Below are positions 10,735-22,736 of a stretch of DNA of 24,066 bases, piece by piece (position 1 is the first letter of the stretch; each line of letters starts with the position of its first letter). A program made the translations under genes and the position numbers. Source of the DNA: Ginkgo biloba (taxonomy: Eukaryota; Plantae; Ginkgophyta); assembly GCA_024626585.2 (NCBI GenBank), contig JANKJI020000002.1, forward strand, positions 217,287,568 through 217,311,633, written 5' to 3'. The notes beneath the pieces were generated by a model. It searched no databases, had not been told where the DNA came from, and saw only the letters and a program-made list of their open reading frames with translations.

Positions 10735-10949
10735 NNNNNNNNNNNNNNNNNNNNNNNNNNNNNNNNNNNNNNNNNNNNNNNNNNNNNNNNNNNNNNNNNN
10801 NNNNNNNNNNNNNNNNNNNNNNNNNNNNNNNNNNCTTATTAAAAGCACTCATTTTTAAAACATTTTCTCTCTTCTAATTTTTTATTTCTTCTATACATAG
10901 TGACGATACACATTTCTATCAATTAAAATATTTCATTTAATGGGATGAT

Positions 10950-11517
10950 GCATAGCACATATATCTATTAAGCCTGGTGGCCCCTCACATGGCCCTCTTT
11001 TTCTCACAAGTATTATGTTATGTGGAAATTCATATAATATTAGATCATACCTCATAGTCCTTCAACACACTATAGGCTAAGGATTTAAGTACATGCATGA
11101 GGAATTATCAATTCATTTATGCTTCATAACATTTGACATAGATTTATGAGTTTCTCTTATGATATCATTCAATAATAAATAAGCATAAATATTATTATTG
11201 AAATTAAAAGATGAGATTATGACCTTAAGAAGATTGTCTTGAATAGTTAGATATTCCATGTGCCACATCATGGGTTTTCACCATTGTTGATCTCACAAGT
11301 ATTATTTTAAATACCCCTTACTTATAAGGAAAACTAGGGGGTCTCTATCATAGTGTCATTATTATCATGCAAATAATTTCATCTTTGATTTTAGGCATCC
11401 ACTTTTATTACAAAGGTCACTTAATAAGATTTTACCTCATTCACAATGCTTAGAATTTTAAGGCATCATTAAGGGTTTATACTTTAATACTTTAAAGGCA
11501 CTTAAACCATTCATTTT
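10950..11517 (-). pseudogene. Heavily decayed Ty3/gypsy pol fragment (RT/RNase H junction to integrase zinc finger)
   Basis: Minus strand reads AFKVLKYKPLMMP / ILSIVNEVK...FVIKVDA* (AFxxLKxxLxxxPIL...FVLxxDAS) and RPLVFLISK; a GHPG-like motif with frameshift lies near 10970-10995. The spacing implies internal deletions. Confidence 0.55.
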
Positions 11518-11519
11518 GG

Positions 11520-11844
11520 TGTTGACAAAAAAAAATATAAGATGAGAAAATTGAATACAATTACACAATAAATAAGAAACTCATACAAACTTTTCATGAA
11601 ACACACATAGCAGAGACACAAGATAACATTCAAACAACCTCAATATATTCCTCAATAATGAAATTTAAAAATAATATAGAGAGGAGGGACATCTGATGAA
11701 ACCATAAGTTTAGGTTCATCCCAGCACATCTAATTCTTACTTGTAGGGACTTTTTCAATGCATAATCTCTCAATATTTTAATCACAAAAATACTTATCTT
11801 TCATTTAATACTTCAACTACATATCAACTACTATTCTCTAAAAG
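11520..11844. repeat. LTR fragment abutting the decayed pol
   Basis: TGTTGAC terminus exactly where pol similarity stops; AC-rich tract; hairpin at 11695-11720. Confidence 0.45.
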
Positions 11845-11944
11845 NNNNNNNNNNNNNNNNNNNNNNNNNNNNNNNNNNNNNNNNNNNNNNNNNNNNNNNN
11901 NNNNNNNNNNNNNNNNNNNNNNNNNNNNNNNNNNNNNNNNNNNN

Positions 11945-12789
11945 GTTGACCATTTTAAAGAACCTATAGTGTATTTTAAAGGGAATTAAAGGGACTAACA
12001 ATCAGATTCAATGGAAATATGGTAGGTGAGGATTTTGGAGGGAGAAGACCATCGAATGAATTAGAAGGAAGAGTTAGGTGAGAGGCATTTAGTCATGGGA
12101 GTTTTGGCATAGCCAAAAAAAGAGAAAACTAGGTATACAAGGAATAAAAAAAGATCAAAGAGAGTAGAGAGTAGAGAACTTCGGAGGAAAAGAAAGGAGA
12201 ATAGACTAAGAAAGGTTATGAGGATAGAAGGGTCATATAGAGGTCATGAAGAAGATCAATATGCCAAGTGAAAGGCCAAGGTTTTGATGCAATAGTAGAT
12301 ATGATGAGTTTAAGACAACCAAGAAGGGAAATGAAATAGGCCAATAGGGCCATATGAAGAAGAATAAGAAGAGAAATTTAGCAAAACTGTCAATAGAGGA
12401 AACTAGAAAGGATGAGCAATGAGCAATGAAGAAGGGAGGAAGAGGTCAAGTAACCAATTGAATTACCAATAGAGGTAAACAAGCAAAATTCATATAAAAC
12501 CTTTAGGAAGGATGTTGTGGTATGTAATCTAAGGTCAAACCCCAATGGGGGATTCTATAAAAAAATAATCTTAGGTTGGTGGGCCAAATATTAATAAAAA
12601 TATATTTATGTTCATTTTGAATTTTTGTGAGTTCCTCTATGTGTTTTAATTTGGTGTTTTGGTGTTTTGTGAGTTTGTTTGAGAAAATTCCCTTGAAGGG
12701 TTGGGCCAATGTGTAGGGACAAGGTGAACATCCCATTTGTATCCTAGGGAGTGGACAAAGTTAAAGGAATTACGCAGTCATTTGTGTCA
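11945..12789 (+). repeat. 5' LTR (LTR-A) of a further LTR retrotransposon
   Basis: Ends TGTGTCA followed by a PBS; TATA-like CTATAAAA near 12555; the last 182 bp align ungapped to 16755-16936. Confidence 0.8.
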
Positions 12790-12791
12790 TT

Positions 12792-12804
12792 TGGTATTAG
12801 AGTC
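12792..12804 (+). promoter_or_regulatory. Primer binding site, tRNA-iMet type
   Basis: TGGTATTAGAGTC versus TGGTATCAGAGCC (two C>T changes), two bases after the LTR-terminal CA. Confidence 0.8.
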
Positions 12805-13273
12805 AAGGGGTCATCATAGAGTGAAGAGAGCATGAGATTTCTCATTGAGAACTATTATAGCAAGGGTATGAAGAAGGAAGGTTGCAATTGGAGAAGAGAA
12901 AAAGAGTGGCTATAAGAAATTATTACAACTATGAGGGAAAAAATTTAAGGATTGCAAAGATGGTGAGATTATCATATATATAGAGAGAGAGAGAGGAAGT
13001 AGCACATCAGGGGTTAGTATCCTTAAAAAGAATGATGAGGAATGAGAAGATGAGAACTGGAGGATTGAAGAGATAGAAGTGAAAAAATAGAGGCAAAATC
13101 AAGAGGAGAAGATGATGACCATCCTAAGGAGACTGGTGGAGTTGAGAAGAGTGAAGTAAAAAGAATAAATAAAAGAGTTGATTATGAAGGTTCCAAAAGA
13201 TCCCATGGAAGGGTATGATGAAGAGGAACCAATTGTAGTTCCATGTAAAGAGTAGGTTACAATTTTTTATATG
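12805..13273 (+). mobile_element. Leader and probable decayed gag N-terminus after LTR-A
   Basis: Purine-rich, E/K/R-biased sequence directly after the PBS, like 200-430 in element 1. No diagnostic motif. Confidence 0.35.
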
Positions 13274-13373
13274 NNNNNNNNNNNNNNNNNNNNNNNNNNN
13301 NNNNNNNNNNNNNNNNNNNNNNNNNNNNNNNNNNNNNNNNNNNNNNNNNNNNNNNNNNNNNNNNNNNNNNNNN

Positions 13374-15003
13374 TAGAATTTGTAATTATTGACATTAGGA
13401 GATTTTGACTCACCCACTGAAACTACAGATCAAAAGTTATCATAGATTGGGGTTGCGACCCCACTAATAAACAACTTTGTATCCTCTATAATTTTGAGGG
13501 AACAATTTAAGGATTACAAATGTTTATACCTCCAACTCGTATACTGAAAGAACCCAAATTTGAGAATGGTTAACAGACAGACTCCCTCTTGTGTCCTGTC
13601 TACTATGTGGGGATTTTAATATGATAGAATACCAAAATGATCAAGTCAGAGGGATTGGGATATGATGGAACCTCTCTAAAAAGAATGCATAGGATACATT
13701 AAAGGCCAAACGAGAACTTTATGACCCTAACAATCCTTGGGTCATCCATTCAGTTGGCTCTTGGATTACTTGGTCCAACTTCAAATCCAAAAATGACAGG
13801 ATTCTTAAATGCCTTGATAGGGCTNNNNNNNNNNNNNNNNNTAACTTTAGAATTTAGTATGGAGAAGGGAGACCTATAAAGGTGTTAAGGAATAACGCAC
13901 TTTTTTACCACTCCCCCATTTCTTTTAATATTGGGGGGAACATAAATTTCCTCCTAGAGGATCCATCTTCATATTGAATGTGTCTCATCTCGAGCTCGGA
14001 GCTTATATAATTAGAATGCTAATATCTTTTTTCTTATCCCCCCTCCACTAGGGGACCATGGATGGATCCTTTGGTGGAATTAGGCCATAACAAGAGTCAC
14101 TCACATTTTAAGAGGCTTTGGAAGGAAAGTCACCCACATTAGGAGGAAGGCTGAGAAGGCTAGGCAATAGCTAGAACAAATTAAGTGGCAATTGGAGTTT
14201 TCTCCCTTTGACACTACTATTTAGAACAGGGAAACCAAGCTAATCCGTGAGCTAAATATTACTAAAATAAGAAAATCCAAAGGGGCCTAGGTAAGAGGTA
14301 GATTGTATTGAATTCAAAGTTGGGGACAGACCTTCCAAATAATTCTTTGATGCCCTTAGATAAAATAAAGCTACGAAGCAAATTCAAGCTCTTAGGACTA
14401 AACATTGCAGGATCACCTCCCTAGAACAAATTGTTGAGCCTTTAAAGAGCACTATGTTGTAGTCTTCAAGGCCCAAGAGATCAATGAACCGAGAAGAGAG
14501 GTGATGGAGGAATTCCAAAGGGTGATCTCCAATAAGGTTGACCCTATGCACAAATCCCTCTATGATACCCCCCTCACTCTAGAGGAGTTAAAAGCTACTT
14601 TAGATGACATGGAAAAGTCTTCAAGTTTAGATGGGATCCCTTGTGCATTCTACAAAGCTACCTGTGATTTCATTAGAACCCCTCTCATCAATGTGTATAA
14701 GGAAGATATTTCCTAAGGTTCCCTAGGTAAAATTATAACTAGGGATAATATCTAGTTCATACATAAAGTGGTTGTTCATAATGCAATCATAAGTCGGACA
14801 CCAATTACTCTTTTGAATGTCTCCTACAACATTATTACCAAATTCATAGCTAAAAGAGTGAAGTATTTCCTCTTATTAATTTTTTATCCTAATCAAACTA
14901 GCTTCATCAAGGGAAACTACATTCTAGATAATATAAATTGAATTTGGAAAGGGATGAAATGGGCCCATCAGTCCAACCAAAATATTTTTTCATAAAGATA
15001 GAC
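13374..15003 (+). mobile_element. L1-clade LINE ORF2 pseudogene (APE endonuclease, linker, RT N-terminus), truncated
   Basis: LRITNVYTSNSYTERTQI*EWL; LLCGDFNMIE; WITWSNFKSKNDRILKCLDRA; FYHSPI (SDHxPI); KGA*VRGR...GDRPSK*FF; PLTLEELKATL...LDGIPCAFYK; TPITLLNVSYNIITK; PNQTSFIKGNYILDN; ends FIKID. Confidence 0.93.
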
Positions 15004-16936
15004 GAGTTTAAACTGACCAATCTATCTATTCCTATTTCATGATTTTATGGCCCAAAAATGAAAAATATAGTCTTTAAATGGCAACCTAATTTAGTTTTTA
15101 GTTAAGTGAATGGAAAATATAAGGGAGTCTAAATAACAGTCGAGGAGGTTCGATAAATAGTCCAAGGAAATTAGAAAATGACCAAGAGAGATCAATAAAA
15201 AAATAGTGAATGGAGAGAAAACATACCAAAAAAATACAAGCATACGAACAAAGGGAGTGGGAAAATGGTGAAGAGGATTTTTTTCCATTTGATATTTTTG
15301 TAGGTGGAAAAGATAGCTAGATATACCTTAAGAGAGAGTTATTTGAAGAGGATGATATGCGCATAGGTGGAGAAAGATGAAATATGTATGTTGTAGGTAC
15401 CCGTAGATGAGAATAGAGATGATTACGAAGAGGATTTGGTAGAGAATTGGGAGAAGGTACATAATGAATAAGAGAAATAACTAAAAAGAAACATCCAAAG
15501 GTATTAAAAGAAGAAGAATTATATTGCCACAAGAAGACATAATTAGGATTGTCAAAAGTGAATTAAAAGAGTTGGATGAGCAGATAGGAGAGAGAAAAAT
15601 AAGAGCATGAGTAGGATCTCATGAAAAAATGATAAGGGGAGGATGATGAAAGTGCATCCTCACTATTTTATGGACAGGTAGTGGTGGAAAACATTTTTTA
15701 AGTGAACAACCTTGATTTTGGGAAAATGGCTGAAGATTCAAGAATGAGCCAACAAACGGATGAAGGGACAAATGAAAGAGAAGAGGAAAAAATGAAGTTA
15801 TAAATGCCATAGAAAAATAATAAGTGGAATATGCCCTTGAAAAGGGTAGGAAAAATTATAAGGAACTACCAAAATAGATTTGGTGAATGGGAACTAGAAG
15901 GCCGATGAACAATGATGAATGGGTCAAAGAATAATAGTTATCATTTATTGNNNNNNNNNNNNNNNNNNNNNNNNNNNNNNNNNNNNNNNNNNNNNNNNNN
16001 NNNNNNNNNNNNNNNNNNNNNNNNNNNNNNNNNNNNNNNNNNNNNNNNNNNNNNNNNNNNNNNNNNNNNNNNNNNNNNNNNNNNNNNNNNNNNNNNNNNN
16101 NNNNNNNNNNNNNNNNNNNNNNNNNNNNNNNNNNNNNNNNNNNNNNNNNNNNNNNNNNNNNNNNNNNNNNNNNNNNNNNNNNNNNNNNNNNNNNNNNNNN
16201 NNNNNNNNNNNNNNNNNNNNNNNNNNNNNNNNNNNNNNNNNNNNNNNNNNNNNNNNNNNNNNNNNNNNNNNNNNNNNNNNNNNNNNNNNNNNNNNNNNNN
16301 NNNNNNNNNNNNNNNNNNNNNNNNNNNNNNNNNNNNNNNNNNNNNNNNNNNNNNNNNNNNNNNNNNNNNNNNNNNNNNNNNNNNNNNNNNNNNNNNNNNN
16401 NNNNNNNNNNNNNNNNNNNNNNNNNNNNNNNNNNNNNNNNNNNNNNNNNNNNNNNNNNNNNNNNNNNNNNNNNNNNNNNNNNNNNNNNNNNNNNNNNNNN
16501 NNNNNNNNNNNNNNNNNNNNNNNNNNNNNNNNNNNNNNNNNNNNNNNNNNNNNNNNNNNNNNNNNNNNNNNNNNNNNNNNNNNNNNNNNNNNNNNNNNNN
16601 NNNNNNNNNNNNNNNNNNNNNNNNNNNNNNNNNNNNNNNNNNNNNNNNNNNNNNNNNNNNNNNNNNNNNNNNNNNNNNNNNNNNNNNNNNNNNNNNNNNN
16701 NNNNNNNNNNNNNNNNNNNNNNNNNNNNNNNNNNNNNNNNNNNNNNNNNNNNNNATGTTCATTTTGAATTTATATGAATTCCTCCATGTGTTTTCATTTG
16801 GTGTTTTTATGTTGTTTGAGTTTGTTTCAAAAAACATCCTTGAAGGGCCTAGCCACCACATAGGGATAAGGAAAAATTCTTGTTTATATCCTAGGGATTT
16901 CCCAGAGTTAGAGGAATTGGGGAGTCAACTACATCA
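15000..16936 (+). repeat. LTR-B, same family as LTR-A (solo or 3' LTR)
   Basis: 3' end ...ACATCA with no PBS after it; 136/182 identity to the LTR-A end by manual count; weaker match of 15890-15915 to 12398-12422; begins (A)GACG where the LINE breaks off, as expected for an ancestral TGACG terminus. Confidence 0.7.
15123..15276 (+). repeat. Diverged ~21-bp minisatellite in the U3 region of LTR-B
   Basis: GGAGGTTCGATAAATAGTCCAA, GGAAATTAGAAAATGACCAAG and GGGAGTGGGAAAATGGTGAAG share the consensus of the 1368-1569 array. Confidence 0.65.
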
Positions 16937-17699
16937 AAAGGATATGAAAAGAGACACTCTATATGTAATAGATAAAGATACCCCCTTTCGCCTATATATC
17001 AAATGGTTACATATAAGACAATGGTGGCACTTAAGAGTTAACTCAAGAAGTTCCACAAGGGTAAGTTATATAGGATAAAGTTATGTGGAAGAAGATGCTA
17101 AAAAGGGCAATATCATATGCCTTGCAAATATTGGGACTCAAGTGAATGAAATGAGTGAAGAGGTGAAAGTATTTAAAGAGATTCATGTTCACAAAGGAAT
17201 ATAATAAGATTATAAAATCCGCATGGGTATGGACAGGTCCCATCCTCATGGGAATGATATAATATGAATTTTTATAATGAAAATATAATATAATATAATG
17301 TCATGTCATGTACAAAGAGAATAAGATTGTCATATAGTGATAGTAGAAGAAGGGTGCATAAAAGTGGAAGTGCACATGCATGAATTATTGTTAGAATACT
17401 ATGATCCATGTGTGGTATATATGAGGATTGGTTTTATAATGAACTAAAAACTAAATGAATATCTCCTTTATTGGATCCTCATTAAGAACTATACATCATT
17501 TGGGAGGAAATGGAACTAAAATGAATTAAAATTGTATATTATAATAAATCACACCTATATATTCCCCCCAAAATTTTGTGGCTTGAAATATGTGGAAAAT
17601 CTAAAGAGATGTGAATATTTTTAGAAAATGGTATGACAACCAAATGGTAAAATTGATGAAAATTCCCTTAGGTTCTTATGTGCACTAAGGGGAAAATAA

Positions 17700-17981
17700 A
17701 GATTAAATTATCAATAATTTTCCCTATTTAGTTTCTTATGATGCTATCAAGAATATTTTACTTGTGCTTTGGCATGCACTATAAATGGGTGTGCATCAAA
17801 TTGATCTTCTTTTATTGTAAAATACTACACATAATTCTTTTTGTTTGAAGAAATCATTCTACTTATAATAAATTTCTCTAGTAATGTAGAAATTAATCTT
17901 GTAGCAATATAGAAGGTATGATTATTACCCACGATGATTATATTGAATTATTGTGGCCTTTTGTGTCAATTCCAATGGATA
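17700..17981 (-). pseudogene. Possible MULE/Mutator-like transposase remnant
   Basis: Minus strand SIGIDTKGHNNSI*SSWVIIIPS resembles compacted IGIQT...GH...AWII motifs of SWIM/MULE proteins. Weak. Confidence 0.25.
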
Positions 17982-18846
17982 NNNNNNNNNNNNNNNNNNN
18001 NNNNNNNNNNNNNNNNNNNNNNNNNNNNNNNNNNNNNNNNNNNNNNNNNNNNNNNNNNNNNNNNNNNNNNNNNNNNNNNNNTATGTACTAATATATATAA
18101 ACTATTGATTTGATGTTAAAAATAGTTGGTGGTGGTGGTGGATGGAGTTATTGTAATAATATTTCATTAAAAAATCACCCACTATGATAACTCTTTAAGG
18201 CACATAAAAATGAGAGCGATGGTTGGAAATCAAGTGGGGTATACCCACAAAGGATTTATCATTGAGAAAAAGAAGGAAAGAAAGGAAAAGTACTAGTAGA
18301 AAAGGATATCAATCAATGATATATTACTAAAATTCTAGATGTATAAATTTCTACAAAGCACGGATGCTTAAATTTGGTATTTGTAGCATTCATATGTTTA
18401 TATTCAATGGAAAGTGCTTGTATCAATAAACTAATAAATCTAGTGAAAAGGACTATTATCGTTGTTTTAGAAATTGGAATATAGAAGAATGCATAGTTAT
18501 GAAGTTATATTTGCAAAAAAAATGGACTATCTACACTAAACTACAAAAAAATATTCTATAAGAAAAAGGCATAATGTCAAAGAGGAAAATCTATGACACA
18601 AGAAAAATAAGTGATATTGTGGTATAAAAAATACATCGCATAGTGATCAAGTATCAACATCAATCATAGATTGGTAGTAACCTAAGGTATTGGTATAGGC
18701 TAAATAATTTATATGGGATCCTTATCTCCATTAGCAATATTATATGAATCTACCCACTCATCTATTGTGGGCCCCTATGTATTATCATGTATAATCAATC
18801 CCAAGATGGTATAAGACCTTGTAGTATCCTATATATCAACACTAGA

Positions 18847-19533
18847 TGTTACAAATATATCATATTCATCTCTACTTAGTTCCTGACCAAATATCTTACT
18901 AAATATAAAAATAAGAGTTTCCCCAAACATAAAGATGTGTCAAAATCACAATAAAATATTAATTAATTATAAGGTTATGATTGAATTTTTCACAACGCTT
19001 TGTTGTAAATTTTTACCTCACTATCGCTCAAGATTTTCTCTCTCTTAGAAATAAAAATGATCCCAAATTTAAAAACTTGGTTTTTTATAAGCATTAGAAT
19101 TCTTGAGAGACCTCAATGGAGGTTTCAGATACCTTAATTAAGATTCCCATAATACCTCAATTGAAGTATTCATAAGACCTCAATCAAGTTATAATGCCTT
19201 AATGACATCAAGATCTCCTATCAATATAAGTGTGCACATAAAACCTCTATCATGTTCATTCAATCAAATTGATGTTGAAATGACATTAAGGAGTTTATTT
19301 AATTACTTAATATATAATCTCAATCAAGGTATTAAGATGCCTTAATCTAGATCTGATGATATAATGAACGATATGTTGTGATAATACTCTCAGAGTATAA
19401 GATATTATAATCATAATTGTTCATTATGGAGAGATATGAATCAAGGGTCCTTATATACTAAAAATGATATCTCCTCATTAATTATACCTTGATTTTTTTG
19501 TCAAGAAACCACAATCAAGGTATTCACATAAAG
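18847..19533 (-). repeat. LTR-like remnant with an internal 19-23 bp minisatellite (19108-19218)
   Basis: TGTTACA terminus at 18847; minus-strand TATA near 19083-19092; units AGACCTCAATGGAGGTTTCAG, ATACCTCAATTGAAGTATTCATA and AGACCTCAATCAAGTTATA, recurring near 19317 and 19506. Confidence 0.5.
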
Positions 19534-20534
19534 NNNNNNNNNNNNNNNNNNNNNNNNNNNNNNNNNNNNNNNNNNNNNNNNNNNNNNNNNNNNNNNNNNN
19601 NNNNNNNNNNNNNNNNNNNNNNNNNNNNNNNNNAGAGAAAAAGATTCAAGGATTAATAAAAGAAAAAAATTCTATCAGACAAGTTACATCTTTTAGCATG
19701 TAGGGTCCTTCGCTACCTTAGAATCCATTGGTACTATAAACGTACGATGTTGTAGATCAAACACATTTTAGGACAACTTATGATTCTTTATTATACAAAT
19801 CATGTTTAAATAATCCATTATTGTTACAACCTGCAACCTTTAGAGCGAAGAGAAAAATTCATGAGAAGTCACATCTAAGGGCATAGTTATTTTTAATTAA
19901 TATTAGTGATAATTATCCATTGGGATTGTTCACTATTAATACTCTAATTTATATCTATATTAATGAACAAGATCTTTTAAATGAAAAAAAAAAATTATAT
20001 ACTCATATTGAAGGTTTGTAAAGTAGAACTCCGTACTATAGAAAATGCATCATTGTTTATAACTACTGTAAGTGGAAAAAATAAATCATACAAAGTTNNN
20101 NNNNNNNNNNNNNNNNNNNNNNNNNNNNNNNNNNNNNNNNNNNNNNNNNNNNNNNNCACTGTATTATTTTCTTTGGTGTTTTATAATGGTGATTAGAAAA
20201 TCATTATGTTGTAGAATATGGTAGTTTTCTATATGTAATTTGATAATAATAGTAAATAATACAACGAAACCCAATGCTACATAAAAATATAGTATATGAT
20301 GCATCCATCTAATACATATTTAATGCATCATCCTTATTAACACATATTAGGATTGGTTTCTTTATGTCATTAACCATAAACTATGAAGTATAACCAAAAT
20401 TGGTAGAATACATTATACATCATCAAATGATTTTCTTATTTTTTTTTAATAGTAGAGATAGGGGGGAAATTAACGCATCCATGAATAAGATCTTGGTGTA
20501 AGAGCATCATGATAACACTCTGACAAAGTGTATA

Positions 20535-22169
20535 ATTATTCAAAGAGGAAACAAAGCCAATATATCAACAGTATTCTTTTTTATGAAGACCAACAAGAAT
20601 TTTGGGAAGAGATTCGTCAAGCAAAAAGCTATGACAAAGAGTTCACTAACATCGTTAGAGCTAAGGGAGACTGACACCAATAGGAAAGATCAACACTGAC
20701 ATAAAATATTGTGTCTGGCAATGTCAGAGAAGAGACATGAGGACCAACATTATCAATGGAGCAAGGAAGGAGTAACTGACATCTTTGGATAGAAGTTGAC
20801 CAACACCAACAAGATTTTAAACTTGATAATTACCAAAAGGGGATGACAGCAGAATAAGGATAGTGATGTCGAGGAAATCTATATTAGAGACCAATGTTAG
20901 AGAATGAGTCCTAGTGACTCTGTCCTTTTTACTCACATATTCAAGATTCCATGCACTAAAAGGATAAGTAAGGAAGGTGCATAGGTGAACATTATTNNNN
21001 NNNNNNNNNNNNNNNNNNNNNNNNNNNNNNNNNNNNNNNNNNNNNNNNNNNNNNNNNNNNNNNNNNNNNNNNNNNNNNNNNNNNNNNNNNNNNNNNNNNN
21101 NNNNNNNNNNNNNNNNNNNNNNNNNNNNNNNNNNNNNNNNNNNNNNNNNNNNNNNNNNNNNNNNNNNNNNNNNNNNNNNNNNNNNNNNNNNNNNNNNNNN
21201 NNNNNNNNNNNNNNNNNNNNNNNNNNNNNNNNNNNNNNNNNNNNNNNNNNNNNNNNNNNNNNNNNNNNNNNNNNNNNNNNNNNNNNNNNNNNNNNNNNNN
21301 NNNNNNNNNNNNNNNNNNNNNNNNNNNNNNNNNNNNNNNNNNNNNNNNNNNNNNNNNNNNNNNNNNNNNNNNNNNNNNNNNNNNNNNNNNNNNNNNNNNN
21401 NNNNNNNNNNNNNNNNNNNNNNNNNNNNNNNNNNNNNNNNNNNNNNNNNNNNNNNNNNNNNNNNNNNNNNNNNNNNNNNNNNNNNNNNNNNNNNNNNNNN
21501 NNNNNNNNNNNNNNNNNNNNNNNNNNNNNGAGTAGAACTACCAATAGAGGAAACTCGTGGCTCAAGAATAGTGGTCCTATGTTCGAATAATTGTATTCTA
21601 TTGTATTGGCCCTTTGATAGAAAGGAAGAGTCATTAAGGCTATTATAATTATCAAAATTATTGGTTAATACACTTGGATTTTTATTCCCTAAGAGTGTTT
21701 CTCCAGCTAAAAACATTATGGTTAGGTCACCTTATTCCTATGTGTGTTTATCTTCTTATATTGTGATCATGAAGTTTTTGGGTGCCTTACTAGCCATTTT
21801 TGTTCAAGCTTCTACATTTGTGTCAGTGAGTGCTTTTGTCGATAGGATAGACTATAATCTCTAAGGGAAAATCTCACTAATGATGTAAGTAGGATCTATC
21901 TACTTAGATCCTAAAAGGTGGACGATAGTGACATCCAATTATAGTTAACTAACTCCGTTAGTGTGGCATTGAGTAAATCAACAACTGATGGAAATAATAG
22001 TGGTGTTGCCTGACTGACTAACACCAGGGTATTGTTCAAAGGCCATTTTTATCAATAGGTATCAAGAGACCTAGTATCACTAACATGTCCACATAATATC
22101 TTTAGTTACACCACCTACAAATCACTTCCAAAAAGGTTAAAAGAAAACTTAATTTAAGGTCATTCAACA
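20535..22169. repeat. Probable LTR-derived non-coding sequence ending in TTCAACA
   Basis: CAACA terminus at 22169 (TGTTGAATG on minus), preceded by ACACCACCTACAAATCAC; dispersed ACYRAC motifs on both sides of the gap. The left boundary is uncertain. Confidence 0.35.
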
Positions 22170-22736
22170 AGTTGATAAAATAACTTAAAATAAATTTATC
22201 AAATTTTTTTTTTTTTCCATTTTTTGTGCAACTATCATATGTATAATTATTAGAATTTAGGTATTCATTAAGATTAATGGATCTAAAACATAATTTTGGA
22301 GATGAAAAATCATAATGTGCATTTATTTCATTCTTTAACAAGAGTCATATGGTGGCAATTCCCTTCCCTTTTTTATATAATGTTTAAAAATAAAAGTTAA
22401 GAATAAGAATAGAGTCAGGTCTATGATTATTATATTTCATTAAGATAGATCACTCATGTTATATCAATTCGATGTCCCTTCTTTTGGGAATGCATAATAA
22501 AGGTCCAAAAATTTATAAAAAGGCTTATATCGATGCTTATATATTTAAATATAAAAAATGTTAGTTAGGAAGACAAAATTAAACAAATCACATTTCCATT
22601 ATATTTTTCTTTTATTATTTAAGTAATGCACAAGTANNNNNNNNNNNNNNNNNNNNNNNNNNNNNNNNNNNNNNNNNNNNNNNNNNNNNNNNNNNNNNNN
22701 NNNNNNNNNNNNNNNNNNNNNNNNNNNNNNNNNNNN

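Noticed and set aside
12503-12736. 77-aa ORF and similar short ORFs at 15317-15810, 21661-21864 and 22102-22341
   Set aside because: They lie in LTR or AT-rich sequence with no recognisable domain.
13390-13412. Second GDF endonuclease motif suggesting a duplicated LINE domain
   Set aside because: The properly spaced GDFN is at ~13610; this one lacks the surrounding motifs.
17755-17815. CACTA (DxPFI..AQ) or hAT transposase motif
   Set aside because: Only a few residues match, with no supporting flanks or CACTA termini.
20452-20470. Polypurine tract AGAGATAGGGGGGAAA
   Set aside because: It is not followed by a TG terminus and there is no upstream pol.
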